From NCBI RefSeq assembly GCF_000143415.4, contig NW_003314330.1:186001-250000 (forward strand): 64,000 nt of DNA. Reading direction: 5' to 3'. Under the pieces are notes generated by a model. That model was not told where the DNA came from. It made no database searches and worked only from the letters and a program-made list of their open reading frames with translations. The position numbers and the translations under genes are program-made. Positions 14,019 through 24,943 of this stretch are shown here, piece by piece. The stretch is from Selaginella moellendorffii. Taxonomy: Eukaryota > Plantae > Lycopodiophyta. Position 1 is the stretch's first letter, and each line of letters begins with the position of its first letter.

Positions 14019-15374
14019 CTATTGAAGAGATTGGTAATGAACATGACCGAGTCTTTTATGCCAAAGCTCCGCACGAGAATCTGCCTCCATAGTCTGAAAG
14101 GCCTGAACTGGGTCGACAGCAGTAATCTCATACAAGTCCCCAATGCGTGACCCACGAAGCAACTGTGTACCAAGCATATGAAAGTCGCTAGAGTCAACTA
14201 AAGAGACTCCTTTTGCATCAAAGACTACCACCGCATTTTGATCACATATCTTAGCGACGGACATTAAGTTTCGTCGTAGGGTGGAAACATGCATGGCACC
14301 ATCAAAGGCCATGGTCCTCCCATGATCGAGTGAGAGCCGGAATTGCCCGATGCCGTCCACAGGGATGGTGGTATTGTCACCTAAATGAACACCACGTTTT
14401 CCAATGCTCGGCTGATAACACTCAAAAAGACTCTTCTTATTGCTCATAAGATTAGTACAACCAGAGTCTAAGAGCCACCGGCTTGGTGCAGCAATTGCCT
14501 CTGTGTTGTAGAGCTCCTCAACAGCCTCATTTGCAATAGCAATTCCATCACGCTCAAGCAAATTAGCTTTCGCCAACGTAGCTAGTCGCTTGACAGGCTT
14601 GGGAGCAGGGCAATCTCGAGCCCAGTGGCCCATCTCCAAGCAGCGAGCACACTGATTCTTAGCAAGTCTGGGCTTGGCACGCCCAGATGCCACGGAATTT
14701 TGCCCTTTCTGGGCATTTGCAGCTGCATGCGGTTTTGCCACCTGGGCATCACCAGAAGCCTGCGAAGCATACATAGCCTGTGGCATTTCAGCTCTCTCGC
14801 TTCGCATGGCCTCAATGTTGCGAAGACTCCTCACGGCATCTGCCCAAGTCATCCCTGGTTGGAGAAGCAGGCTCTCAACTGCATTCTTCCAGCTCGCTGG
14901 CAAGGACCTGTAGAGCCGCAGCCTTTGCTGCTCATCCGTGAGACAGTGCTTCGCCCCAGCAGCTGCAAGTTGTGTGAAGAAGCCCTGGAGCTTGGCAGTG
15001 TGAGTCTGGATACTGCCATTTTCCTCTAGCCTCAAGGAATCCATTTGTGAATGGATGTTGAAGACATCCATTTCACTCTTGGTGCCATAAGTGTCACTCA
15101 GCCACTTCCAAAGCTCTGCCGCAGTGGACTTTGGAATCGATGGGGCAGCAAAGAGAACATTTGAGGACAAGCACATCGCAATACTCCCTCTAGCCTTGGA
15201 ATCCCGAAGGTTCCAATCACGCACCTCAGCAGCACTAGAGCCTGGAGCCAGTGATGACTCTGTCCCATCTACAATCCCCAACAAACCATGAAACAAGAGA
15301 TAGGATTCAAGATGGATCTTGAATCCCTCAAACCCTTCTCCATCAAACTCGCAGATGGATGGCTTTCCTTCCAT
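14019..15374 (-). CDS. copia gag, zinc knuckle, aspartic protease, GAG-pre-integrase
   Basis: CARCLEMGHWARDC knuckle, WLLDSGCT protease motif, LWHKRLGH. Confidence 0.92.
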   Translation of the reverse strand: MEGKPSICEFDGEGFEGFKIHLESYLLFHGLLGIVDGTESSLAPGSSAAEVRDWNLRDSKARGSIAMCLSSNVLFAAPSIPKSTAAELWKWLSDTYGTKSEMDVFNIHSQMDSLRLEENGSIQTHTAKLQGFFTQLAAAGAKHCLTDEQQRLRLYRSLPASWKNAVESLLLQPGMTWADAVRSLRNIEAMRSERAEMPQAMYASQASGDAQVAKPHAAANAQKGQNSVASGRAKPRLAKNQCARCLEMGHWARDCPAPKPVKRLATLAKANLLERDGIAIANEAVEELYNTEAIAAPSRWLLDSGCTNLMSNKKSLFECYQPSIGKRGVHLGDNTTIPVDGIGQFRLSLDHGRTMAFDGAMHVSTLRRNLMSVAKICDQNAVVVFDAKGVSLVDSSDFHMLGTQLLRGSRIGDLYEITAVDPVQAFQTMEADSRAELWHKRLGHVHYQSLQ

Positions 15375-15386
15375 AGCGCTATCCCA

Positions 15387-15398
15387 GCTCCGATACCA
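15387..15398 (-). promoter_or_regulatory. primer binding site (tRNA-iMet)
   Basis: TGGTATCGGAGC immediately inside the 5' LTR. Confidence 0.9.
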
Positions 15399-15487
15399 TG
15401 AGACAAATCGGGATCAAAGTGCACCGCGCTAGCGGACAGAACAGGAAAACCCTAATGGACACGTGGCGAGGGGTGTGTCATGTAACA
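15399..15487 (-). repeat. copia 5' LTR (89 bp)
   Basis: Direct repeat of 11177-11265; adjacent PBS. Confidence 0.95.
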
Positions 15488-18400
15488 GTTACAAAACCCA
15501 AGCCTGTCAGTGAGGATTTTAAACGTGAAGCTAAAACAGACCTTTGGCATGTCAACAAAGTAGCTGACTTTGTGGAAAGCTATGGACAGTGGCTGGAAAG
15601 GTAGCACCATGCCTGTTTTTACATCTCCAGATTCGGGGTCCCCTGAGGAAATAATGGCAGACTTTGAATATGGAAATCAATTTGAGAACAATACCATTTG
15701 AATGAAAACAAAATGATTTTCTAGAACTCTGGGATGACTTCTCCTGAGAGCTAGAGTTCACAGCTTGTCCGGTCTTGGTTTTGTGTTTCTCGTTCAATGT
15801 TTCCTCAGAAAGAATCACCGATGGTTTTCCAAAAGCTGTGAAACCAGAAGTTGAGCTACTTGAAAGTAAAGGAGTATAATCTTACGCTTGAGAACCGTTA
15901 ACGCTATAGTGAAAAAGATGTTAAAGAAAATCGCAAACCCGACAAGGGCGCCAATTCCAATCCAAAACCAAGAAGGATCTGGAAAAATCCCTCGAGCCTT
16001 GAGCACAATTGTACCGACACTTTCGGTGGAATTTGGTGCAAGCTGCAGTAGAAATTCATAGAGTAAGAGATTAAAAAAGAAAAAATGGCGAAAATTTTAC
16101 CACTCGCCATCTTGGGGCCGTGAACTCATTAACGGCAATAGCGTTTTGTGCGTACATCAGAGGCGATGACCAATAAGCCCAGATCCACCACGGATGAATA
16201 GAATCTATACCAAACTTTAGTGTCCATAAGCAAAAAAAAGGTTTGTTTTCAACTTACTTCGAGAGATGACAAAACCACCAAGAGTGAAGACGAGTACCAG
16301 CGAAAAGGAACCAAAAGTATTTGCAACGAGCATAGTTCTTCCCAAAGATGCCATGAAACGAAATCCAGACATTGCCATGTTGTGAAGCGTGAAGAGCAGC
16401 AAAAACTGGCGAAAGAATCTACATGTTTTCTACCACTCAGGGAAAGATAATGCTCATGAGGAAACATAAGTTCTTACCTTCCAACCTCTGGAGCATAGCC
16501 GATGACCCAGTAAGTTAGGAACACCCAAATCGCAGTCTCAAGCAGCGAGAAGGGCATTCTCATGATCCAAACCGGAACGGAAAATGCCCAAGACGGATAG
16601 AGCAAGTTCTGTTGCTTGTAAAATATTGGTAACCTGTTAATGGTCATTGCGAGCTCCGCAAAACCATTAAACGTGATGACAACGATCGAGTAGAAAAGAG
16701 AAGAAACCAGAATAGTTCCGTCTGTGACAGAAATGTGATTCTGCGTTCGCAAGAACACGGTCATACTCACGGTCGCCATCACCAAAATCTGCAAGGAAGA
16801 ACAATCATAGAATCATAGTTAGAACTTCGCTTAAAGAAAAAGAGAATAGTTCACACAAACCTGTGTGGTTTTAAAAGCATAGATGAAAGCATTGCGCTTC
16901 ATGAGAAGAACTTCTTTCGCAAAGCATGCTTGAAAGATGTTCCAGCTGGTTGACCCATATTGCTTTGTCACCAAAGCAGCAGGATTGCTCCTGGACTTGT
17001 CGTACGGAACTTTGAGTTCTCTCGCTAGATCCTGGCCAATATAATGCCTTGAGAAAGCTAGCGCGAAGTCTTCCACAGAAACATATCTATGAGATCTCGT
17101 TCCTTTCTTTTTCTATGAATTTACCTCTTGGAGAAAGTCTGCCACGCCTTTTCTTTCAGGACACTTGAATCCCAGCAAAGTAAAGAAGTCGAGAACCATG
17201 TTGCAGGGTCCTTGAAAGATTATACGCCCCTCGACAAGCAATATAAGATCGTCGAAGAGGTTGTAAACCTCTGGAGCCGGCTGGAGAAGCGAGACAATGA
17301 TGGTGTAGTCGGCATTGTGCACAGTTTGCCTCAAATGCTTGACAATTTGGTACGTAGTAGAGCTGTCTAGGCCTGTCGAGATCTCATCCATGAACAAAGC
17401 TTTTGCTGGTCCAACAAGAACTTCTCCTGACAGAGTAAATAAAGTCAGTACTGCTTAGAACTGTCTTGAGAGACTTTTACTTACCTGTTGTAAGTCGTTT
17501 CTTCTGCCCACCAGAAATTCCGCGACGCATTTGATCGCCAACTAGCGTGTCAGCACATATGTCGAGTCCTAAAACCTGTGGCCCCGGACATAAAACTTAA
17601 AAGTAAATGTGACGACATAGTATATAGATCAGGAACTTTACCTTGAGAACGTAGTCCGTCCGAATGTTTCGTTCCTGTCCTTCCAAAGCCAAAGCCTGAG
17701 TCACAAAAAATAATTAATAAATCCAACATAGAAGAACTATAATCACGATAGCTCTTGCCTTCATAAAAGCGTCAATATCAGGGTCTGGTTTGATTCCAGC
17801 AGCCTTCTCACGTCTACAGAGCTCCGCAAGCATATCTAAAGAGCAACCAAAGAGCTCGTCAGTGTCAAGGTCGTCAAACATCAATCTTACCATATCGTGA
17901 TCCAACACCTTGACACCGACAAGAAAAGTTCAGGGTCTCTCGGGCAGTAAGCTCCGGGGTGTGAAGGTCAGTCTGGCTGATATATCCCGACGTCCTGTGT
18001 GGCACAAACTCGCTAAACTCGCATCCATTGTATGTAACGTTCCCTGAGACCTGAAAAGCTTGTGTGTCCAACAAATATCCAAAAGAACAAAAAAAAATAG
18101 TATTACCCGGAGGTCGTGATCTAACTTTCCGCATAGTGCCTTTAAGAAAGTTGTCTTTCCCGAACCGGGAGGTCCCAGAAGTAAAGTCAGCCTGGAAAAC
18201 AATCCAGAAAAATGGGAAGAAGAAATGTTTCAACAAGGATTGCTTGATCTAGTTAGCACCTGCACGGCTTGATGATGCCAGTAACGTTGTCAAGGATGGT
18301 GAGCACTCGTTTCTTAGTAGGAGATAGCCGAAGCGATCCAAAGAGCTCCTGGAATTCCGGCCAAGAACAAAGATATCAAACACAGAGTCAACGTGGAGAA

Positions 18401-18802
18401 GGAAGAGCAGAGAAAAGATAGAGAAAGAGGAGTTCTCAGCTTATCATACTTCAATCGTGTTGATGGTGTAGTTGTAAAGCGTGGGGAGAGCCCGGCCTCC
18501 AACATAAACATCAGCATCAACATGTAAATCCTGAAAGCGAACTTCGATCTTGGGTAGATCGATCTCCACTCTAGAACAAAACAAAAAACCAAAAAAATGG
18601 AAAGAAAGAAATGAGAAACATCCAAGCACATCGTAGGCTCACGATGAAAACGGGAAATGGGAGAGAGTCTCCAAGATCAAGAGAGAAGGATTTTCCAAGC
18701 AGGCAAGAAAAGGGAGAAAGAATGGATCTTTCCATCCCTTACTTGTCAATGCGATCCCGCAGCTTCCGCAAGAATCGCTCGTTGTCCAGCGCCACTTGCT
18801 CC

Positions 18803-19108
18803 GATCGATCGTGGTTCTTTCCCTCCATGGCGGAGCTTGGGGGATCTAGCGGCGTGGTGGAGGGCGGGGGGAGGATTTCCTTGACCGAGAGTACGTGGGA
18901 GGAGAGGGTGTTTGGGCGGCCGTCGAGCGATTCGCAGCGGGCCGAGGATGAGGTGACGCTCAAGTGGATCGCGCTCCAGAAGCTGTCGAGCATGGATCGG
19001 ATCGCGCTCCAGAAGCTGTCGAGCATGGATCGAATGCGCACGGCGCTGGTCCGGGGCAATGGCGGGGAGAAGGATTTCGAGGCGGTCGCCTACAAGCAGC
19101 GGATTATG
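18803..19108 (+). pseudogene. inverted 5' part of PDR exon 1
   Basis: The + strand from ATG 18827 reads MAELGGSSG...EDEVTLKWIALQKLSSMDR...AYKQRIM, a PDR N-terminus. Its continuation EQVALDNERFLRKLRDRIDK is on the - strand from ~18801. Contains a 33-bp tandem duplication. Confidence 0.85.
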
Positions 19109-19515
19109 GCGATCGACGGGCCCGAAACATTTCGAGGCCGATCTAAGAGAAATCCGCGACTATCCGTATCCACGATCGGCCAGCATTTGGAATCGCGAAC
19201 AAAGGAGAGAAGCGCGGGTCGATTTGAAATTTAATAATTTTACTAGGAGTACAAATTTAGGCTCGCATACCTTGGCACTTTAGCAAAAGGACCCTGTTAG
19301 TGACGCAAGTAATATCATGATTTTTGTACGGCCATGTCATATGACCCAAACGAGAAAAGTAAGAGATAAAGCGACGCAACGTGGCATCCGGCCAGCCATG
19401 CATTGTGGCACGGCAAATAATATAAAGTAGCAGAAATCTAAAAAATGACTGAGGTTCATGACCGATATTTGCTGACATGGCATTTACTTGTCCATCAAAG
19501 GTTTAGTTTTGGTAA

Positions 19516-20283
19516 TTATCTCTTCTGGAAGTTAAAATATCTGATGCTAAAGGCGAAAGTAAGCGCTAGCACCAATACAAACAGTATATGGACAGCAGCA
19601 ACTTCGCCCAATCTATCCTTATGGAAACCAAATCTGTGCTTGATGTAATCTCGCACAATTTGTTGGCCTTTGCCAGGAACATCCATCACTGTTCCTTTGT
19701 CCCCGAGTTGTGAAGTTATGAGACCATTGAGCGTCCACGCAACTGAGTTAGCATAGTAATACCATCTCCACCATATCGGGATTTTCTACACAAACAACAA
19801 AAACGAGATGAAAACTCAATTATAGCAGGAGGCAATCAGCCAACTTACTGGACGCGGGATAAAAAACCCCGAGAAGAAATTCCAAAAACCAAAGAATGCA
19901 AATGAAACCACTGCTGCCAGCTGATAGTTCCGCATGAGAGACATCACCATCATCCCATGGAAGGTGAAGTATAAGAATGTGGAATACATGAAGAAGAAGA
20001 ACCAAAAGAATTTATCTGGCGACCACTCGTATGCGATTGTGGAGTAAACTATGATCAGATAGATCGCAGTTTGGATGAAGACATAAGGAATCTCGATTGC
20101 TACCTGTGGTAACATTGCATAAACCACGAGCTTAGTTTGAATATGTGTGACAAACCTGTGCTAAAGCGTATGGAATTGCTGAATACATCCCTGCTGCCCG
20201 TTCTCGATAGAATACAGTCCTCTCGACACCAACAACAGGTTGAGCTGCGGTGGAGTTGTTAATTCCGAGAAACAGGCAAGCAG
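19516..20283 (-). pseudogene. 3' exons of the PDR transporter, displaced upstream of the gene's 5' end
   Basis: ACLFLGINNSTAAQPVVGVERTVFYRERAAGMYS / VAIEIPY... / IPIWWRWYYYAN...FNFQKR-stop (TAA 19516-19518). Confidence 0.9.
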
Positions 20284-21049
20284 AAGATAAAATAGCGATC
20301 TTCTGTTGGAAGCTTCCAATTGGTTCTTCTTTGTTAGCTCAAAAACGAAAATAAAAACTTGGTGTACAAAGGTGCTGCTCAAAAGAAAGAAGGTAGTAGC
20401 CAGCCAAACTTCATGGCAGAGGTGATTAGTTCATTCCTTGTGCTCAAGCTAACAATAAACTTATTAACCTTGGGTAGTGATTTGACAAGCTAGCAGAAAC
20501 TAAAAAAGTAAAATGAACTAAATATATTAAATTGCCTAGTATAAAATGCCATTTAATATAAATATTTAAAATCAAGGTCTAAAAGAAGAAATAATTTGCT
20601 TCACATTCCAAGTAATTCTTGGTTTACTTACTAGTACTGTTATTCTTATTTATTTATTTAATTAATCAAATAAAAGTTAATGATAAAATTAATCTAAATG
20701 AATAACAACCATTGGATGGTATAATATCCTAGAATATCCAAATATATTCTAGGTATACAGGTACAGTTGGTTCTAAAGGTTTGTTAAAATTAAACTTTTG
20801 ATTATACCTTATTATCAGAAACAAATTATTATCTAACATTTTAATTCACTGACAGGGTGTCGGTGGTAGTTTAGGACTACTGGGATGCTTGCATTGGTGA
20901 CATTAATTGAGATCGTGCAGGACTGTTTGCACATGAAACGGATTGGGCAGCAGGGGTTGCACTTGGTTGCACCACGCTGGGAGATTGTGCTGATGGAAGA
21001 GGCACTATTTCCTGGCCTCTGGAGAATTGGGGATGCCAAGGAAGCGAAT

Positions 21050-22778
21050 AAAAAAGACAAAGGAAGAAGGAAGAGGCATATAGAAGAGAAACGGCACCTC
21101 GGCTTGCCGCAGCATTCCAGATCGCGAGAGAAGATCAATAACGCACTCGTAGTGATCTCCTGTCCAAAGTCCATTTCTATGGAGCCGAAGTTAACGACAC
21201 CATCGAGCAGCAGTCCGGCATGGCTACAAGCCGATAGGACGCTCTTGAAAGTCACGTGGTCGGGATCCACTCCATGGATCTGCATCGCGCTAAACAGCTC
21301 CAGTGCTTCTCCGGCAAGCCCGTTGTCAGCATAGGACGTGATCATTCCAGGAGCCGACCACCTTGTCCGGATTCCTCTCAAAAAGAGCTCGAGAGCGATG
21401 CGGCTCTTCCATAGAGGCTCACCAGTGCACTGGCGAGGAACGCATCTGGCTCCACTCCAGCGGCAACTATATCGTAGTGGATGATCCTGCCGAGCTCAAA
21501 CAAGTGGAGCGTTGTGCACGCGTCGATGGCGGTCGAGAACCTGACCTCGTTGGGAGTTAACCCTTCCAAATCCATGGACTTGAAGAGCTCGAGAGCCTCC
21601 GCCGGATTTCCAAGCTGTGCGTATGCTGCCATCATCGAGTTCCAAGTCACAAGGTTTCACTGCGGCATCTTATCGAAGACGAAGAAGCGAGCGTCCAGCG
21701 GTTCTGAGCGTAGAGGCAACGCAGAACCGTCCAGGTGACCACAGTTCTCTCCGGAATCATCGCGAAAAGCAAGCTCGAGTAGGAGGCATCGCTCAGCTCG
21801 GCGCTCATCTCGTTCCACAACACGGAGCTGTGCTGTGGCATCCTTGCGAAGAAGCTATCAGCGAGATCCATTCTTCCAGCCTTGGCATAAGCTCCTAGCA
21901 TGATATTTCCAGAGACTACGTCTCGTCCTGGCGGCATGCTCGCAAACAAGCTCTCGGCTTGAGCTGCTTGGAAGCCAGCAGCATGACGTTCCATGAAACT
22001 ATATCTCGCTCCAGCATGAGCTCAAACATCTGCTACTTTTCCAGCTTTAGCTAGAGCCTGCGTTGCCGAGTTCCACGATTCAGCGAAAAGACTGCTACAT
22101 TGACGTGAATTCCCACACCGGGCATATGCCGAGATCATTAAGTTCCAGGTGATGGTGCTTCGATCTGGCATTTTTTCGAAGTATACCTTTACGCTACCAA
22201 TGTTACCACTGTATACGTAGCCTGATCTTATGGTTGTCCAAGTCAGAGCGTCGTACAACGGCATTCTTTGTAGTAAACGTTTTGCATCCTCAAGTTCTTC
22301 TTTTTGGGTAACCGCTGATAACCTTGCGTTCCATGCTACCACGTCTCGGTATTTGTACCATGAAAGATTGTTTTCCGTCGCTGGTATTTCATTATTTTTC
22401 CCGTATGCTACTATCGTAGTTGTGGAAGAAGAAAGGCTGCTTTCGGGGAGAAGATCAAACAAGTCCCTGGCCTCCTCTAAATGCCCGGCTCTGGCTTTCA
22501 CTGCGATCGTGGTGCTCTAAGTTACCAGCGAGTGCTGAGCCATCTTTCTGAAGATTATATCCACCTATCGCAAGTTCCAGCTGTGAATGTAAGCCGCTAG
22601 TAGAAACTTCCAGCTGCTGTGCAATCGAATCGAAGGCCAGTGTGGCAGCCCCGCATTTGGACGAGGAGGTTGCCCATGTAAGTCTCCCGATGGAAGTCAT
22701 GAGTCTTGAGCTTCTCGTGAGCTTTCTGAGTAGCGCCTTTGTTCTGCTAAGAAGTGCCTCAAAGGAGGCCCTCTCCAT
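21050..22778 (-). pseudogene. PLS-class PPR pseudogene
   Basis: PPR motifs (TWNSMMAAYAQLG, PDHVTFKSVLSACSHAG, TWNLMISAYARCG) spread over several frames; multiple frameshifts. Confidence 0.85.
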
Positions 22779-22855
22779 TAGAAACCATCATTCTTGACTA
22801 AGAGGGCACAAAATTTTCACTATAGTTATCAAACTATTGATGTACAAAACTAAAA

Positions 22856-23490
22856 TTATGGCTTTTGCCACAATAGCAACATTGATTCAGCAGCATAAAC
22901 AGATAAATGCCCAGTGTTTTCAACTACAAGTTGAGTAGGAAATATACAATCAGGTTGTGGCTGGCAATAGATATTTGTGAACCAGAAACCTCTACCTAGA
23001 CTGTCTAGAAGCACCAAATTCCCATCCATTTGGAGTGTGAGCTTGCATCTACTCCTTCCACCAGTGCTGCTAGACCACAAAACCTTCACTTTATTGCAGA
23101 CAACACCATGTTGCAATCCTGCTCCAGTGAGAATTCATGCTGAGCATTACCTGAAACAGGCTTCTCCTCAACATACACAGCAGATCCCCTTGCTCCGAGC
23201 TCTCCACTGACTATGCACGAACCAAAAACGTTACAGTCTTGTTGGTATTCAAGAAAAATAGCTGGATCAAACCTGTGTTGAACACTACGATGGTCTTGAT
23301 CACTTTTGCCAGCAATATGTTTGTGGAGAGTAGAAATTCTAAGAAAATTTAAAGGCAGACCACGAATATAGTACCACACTGAATAATCCATGCCTATTGT
23401 ACCAAGAGCAGCTGCTATATGGCCATATTTGTGACGATGAGCCTCTGTTGCAACTTGTGAGCAAAACTAAGAGCCTGAACAACATACCTT
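22856..23490 (-). pseudogene. bulb-type (GNA/B-lectin) mannose-binding lectin domain gene, degenerate copy
   Basis: SGNAQHEFSLEQDCNMVL...VLWSSSTGG..CKLTLQMDGNLVL with frameshifts; paralogue of 23687-24615. Confidence 0.75.
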
Positions 23491-23686
23491 CGGGCAAATC
23501 ATGTGTAAAGTTAAATGTGTTTAAAAGCCATTTCGGATTTTGTCTTCGTCGTTGACATGATATAAATGCCAAGCAAGGAAAGAAAATCAAAATTTTGAAT
23601 CTCTAAAGTTCATACTTGACTATAGTTTTGACATTTTGGAAATTGATTTGTTTTTACTAATATAATTTTATGTGGACTTAAAAAAC

Positions 23687-24615
23687 TTAAGGCCTATGCC
23701 ACAGGAGTTGTATTGATTCTGCAGCATACAGAGACAAATGCCCGGTATTTTCAACTACAAGTTGAGTTAGAAAGATACAGTTGGGTTGTGGCTGGCAATA
23801 AATGTTTGTGAACCAGAAACCTTCATCTAAACTATCTAAAAGCACCAAATGCCCATCCATTTGTAGCGTGAGCTTGCATCCACTCTTCCCACCCGTATTG
23901 CTCGACCACAAAACCTTCCACTTCATTGCAGACAGCACCATGTTGCAATCTTGCTCCAGCGTGAATTCGTAGCGGCCATTACCTGAAACAAGCTTCTCTC
24001 CAGCATAGAGTTTGCTCCTAGCTCTCCACTGGCCATGCACGAAGCATAAACGTTACAGTCTTCGTTGTAGCTAAGATATAAATCTGGATCAAAGTATGCC
24101 TCACTGCTACCAAGTAGATGATTTTCAGTCGTAAAATTATGCATAGAGTTTAAAGGTGGGTTAGGAAAATGGTACCACACGGAATACTCTATGGCAACCA
24201 CGCTCGAAGTCGCAGATATATGACCATATTTGTAAATTTGAGCCTCCCTAACAATTTGCGAGGCCAGATAGTCGAAGGCTGGTCGTAGAGTTAACCCAGA
24301 CACCATCATTGGGGATGGGCGAAGGCTGCAGCTACCATCAGACTCCCTTGTTAGCAAAGTAAGTTTTGAGAAACAATGGAGCCTACGATTCACGTCTATG
24401 CTGAAAATCCTTTTCCATGTTCTTGGAAAATAGTGTGCCTCTGGACGAACATCTTCATCAATGTGCTGGCGAATACGTGCTTCCAAGCTGTTTACTTGCT
24501 GTAGACCTGCCATGAAGTATGGACGGCTTCGTTCCAGAAAAATGACACATGTGACGCAAATGACACATTGCCAAAGCAACGCTAACACCCTCAACATCAT
24601 CTCTTTCGCTAACAT
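23687..24615 (-). pseudogene. putative secreted protein with C-terminal bulb-type lectin domain, one apparent frameshift near 24020
   Basis: Hydrophobic N-terminus (MMLRVLALLWQCVICVTCVIFL). The lectin domain LYAGEKLVSGNGRYEFTLEQDCNMVL..VLWSSNT..LTLQMDGHLVL lies in a different frame. Confidence 0.75.
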
Positions 24616-24943
24616 ATGATATTTGAGGCTATATAACAACACGAGGCCCACCTTGTTCTTGTCTTCTTTGTTGTGACTTTGTGCTTCTTCTTTTGTCAAT
24701 CGTTGTCGATTATATTCACTCAGAAAGAAATGCAACGAGCTCTTTTGCTATTTTCAAATTTCCAGAGTATGCTATCCAGGCTCGACAAGTGGCATGACCA
24801 TGCCAATCTCGTGGCGTTCCTTTGGAGCGCAGCTGATATGTTTTATCTTCGCAGACGGCTACCTGTGTTTCCACCGACCAGAGTGAGCGATTATTTGTAG
24901 TCTCCGCAACTCCAAAGAGTCAGTCCATTGCTAGGGGTGAGAA

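Larger units (their letters stand above)
11177..15487 (-). mobile_element. Ty1/copia LTR retrotransposon, structurally complete (4311 bp), in a PDR intron
   Basis: 89-bp TG...CA LTRs differing at 1 position; TSD GTTAC (11172-11176, 15488-15492); PBS TGGTATCGGAGC; purine tract next to the 3' LTR; gag-PR-IN-RT-RH domain order. Confidence 0.97.
9810..18802 (-). pseudogene. full-size ABCG/PDR transporter pseudogene, main body (NBD1-TMD1-NBD2-start of TMD2)
   Basis: Multi-exon. Motifs [94 protein letters not shown]. Deletions/frameshifts near 17090 and 11015. Ends abruptly after FNVMGSMY at 9810. Confidence 0.92.

Noticed and set aside
11288-15291. Short overlapping and antisense ORFs within the copia element
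   Set aside because: Shadows of the GC-rich gag-pol frame with no recognisable motifs.
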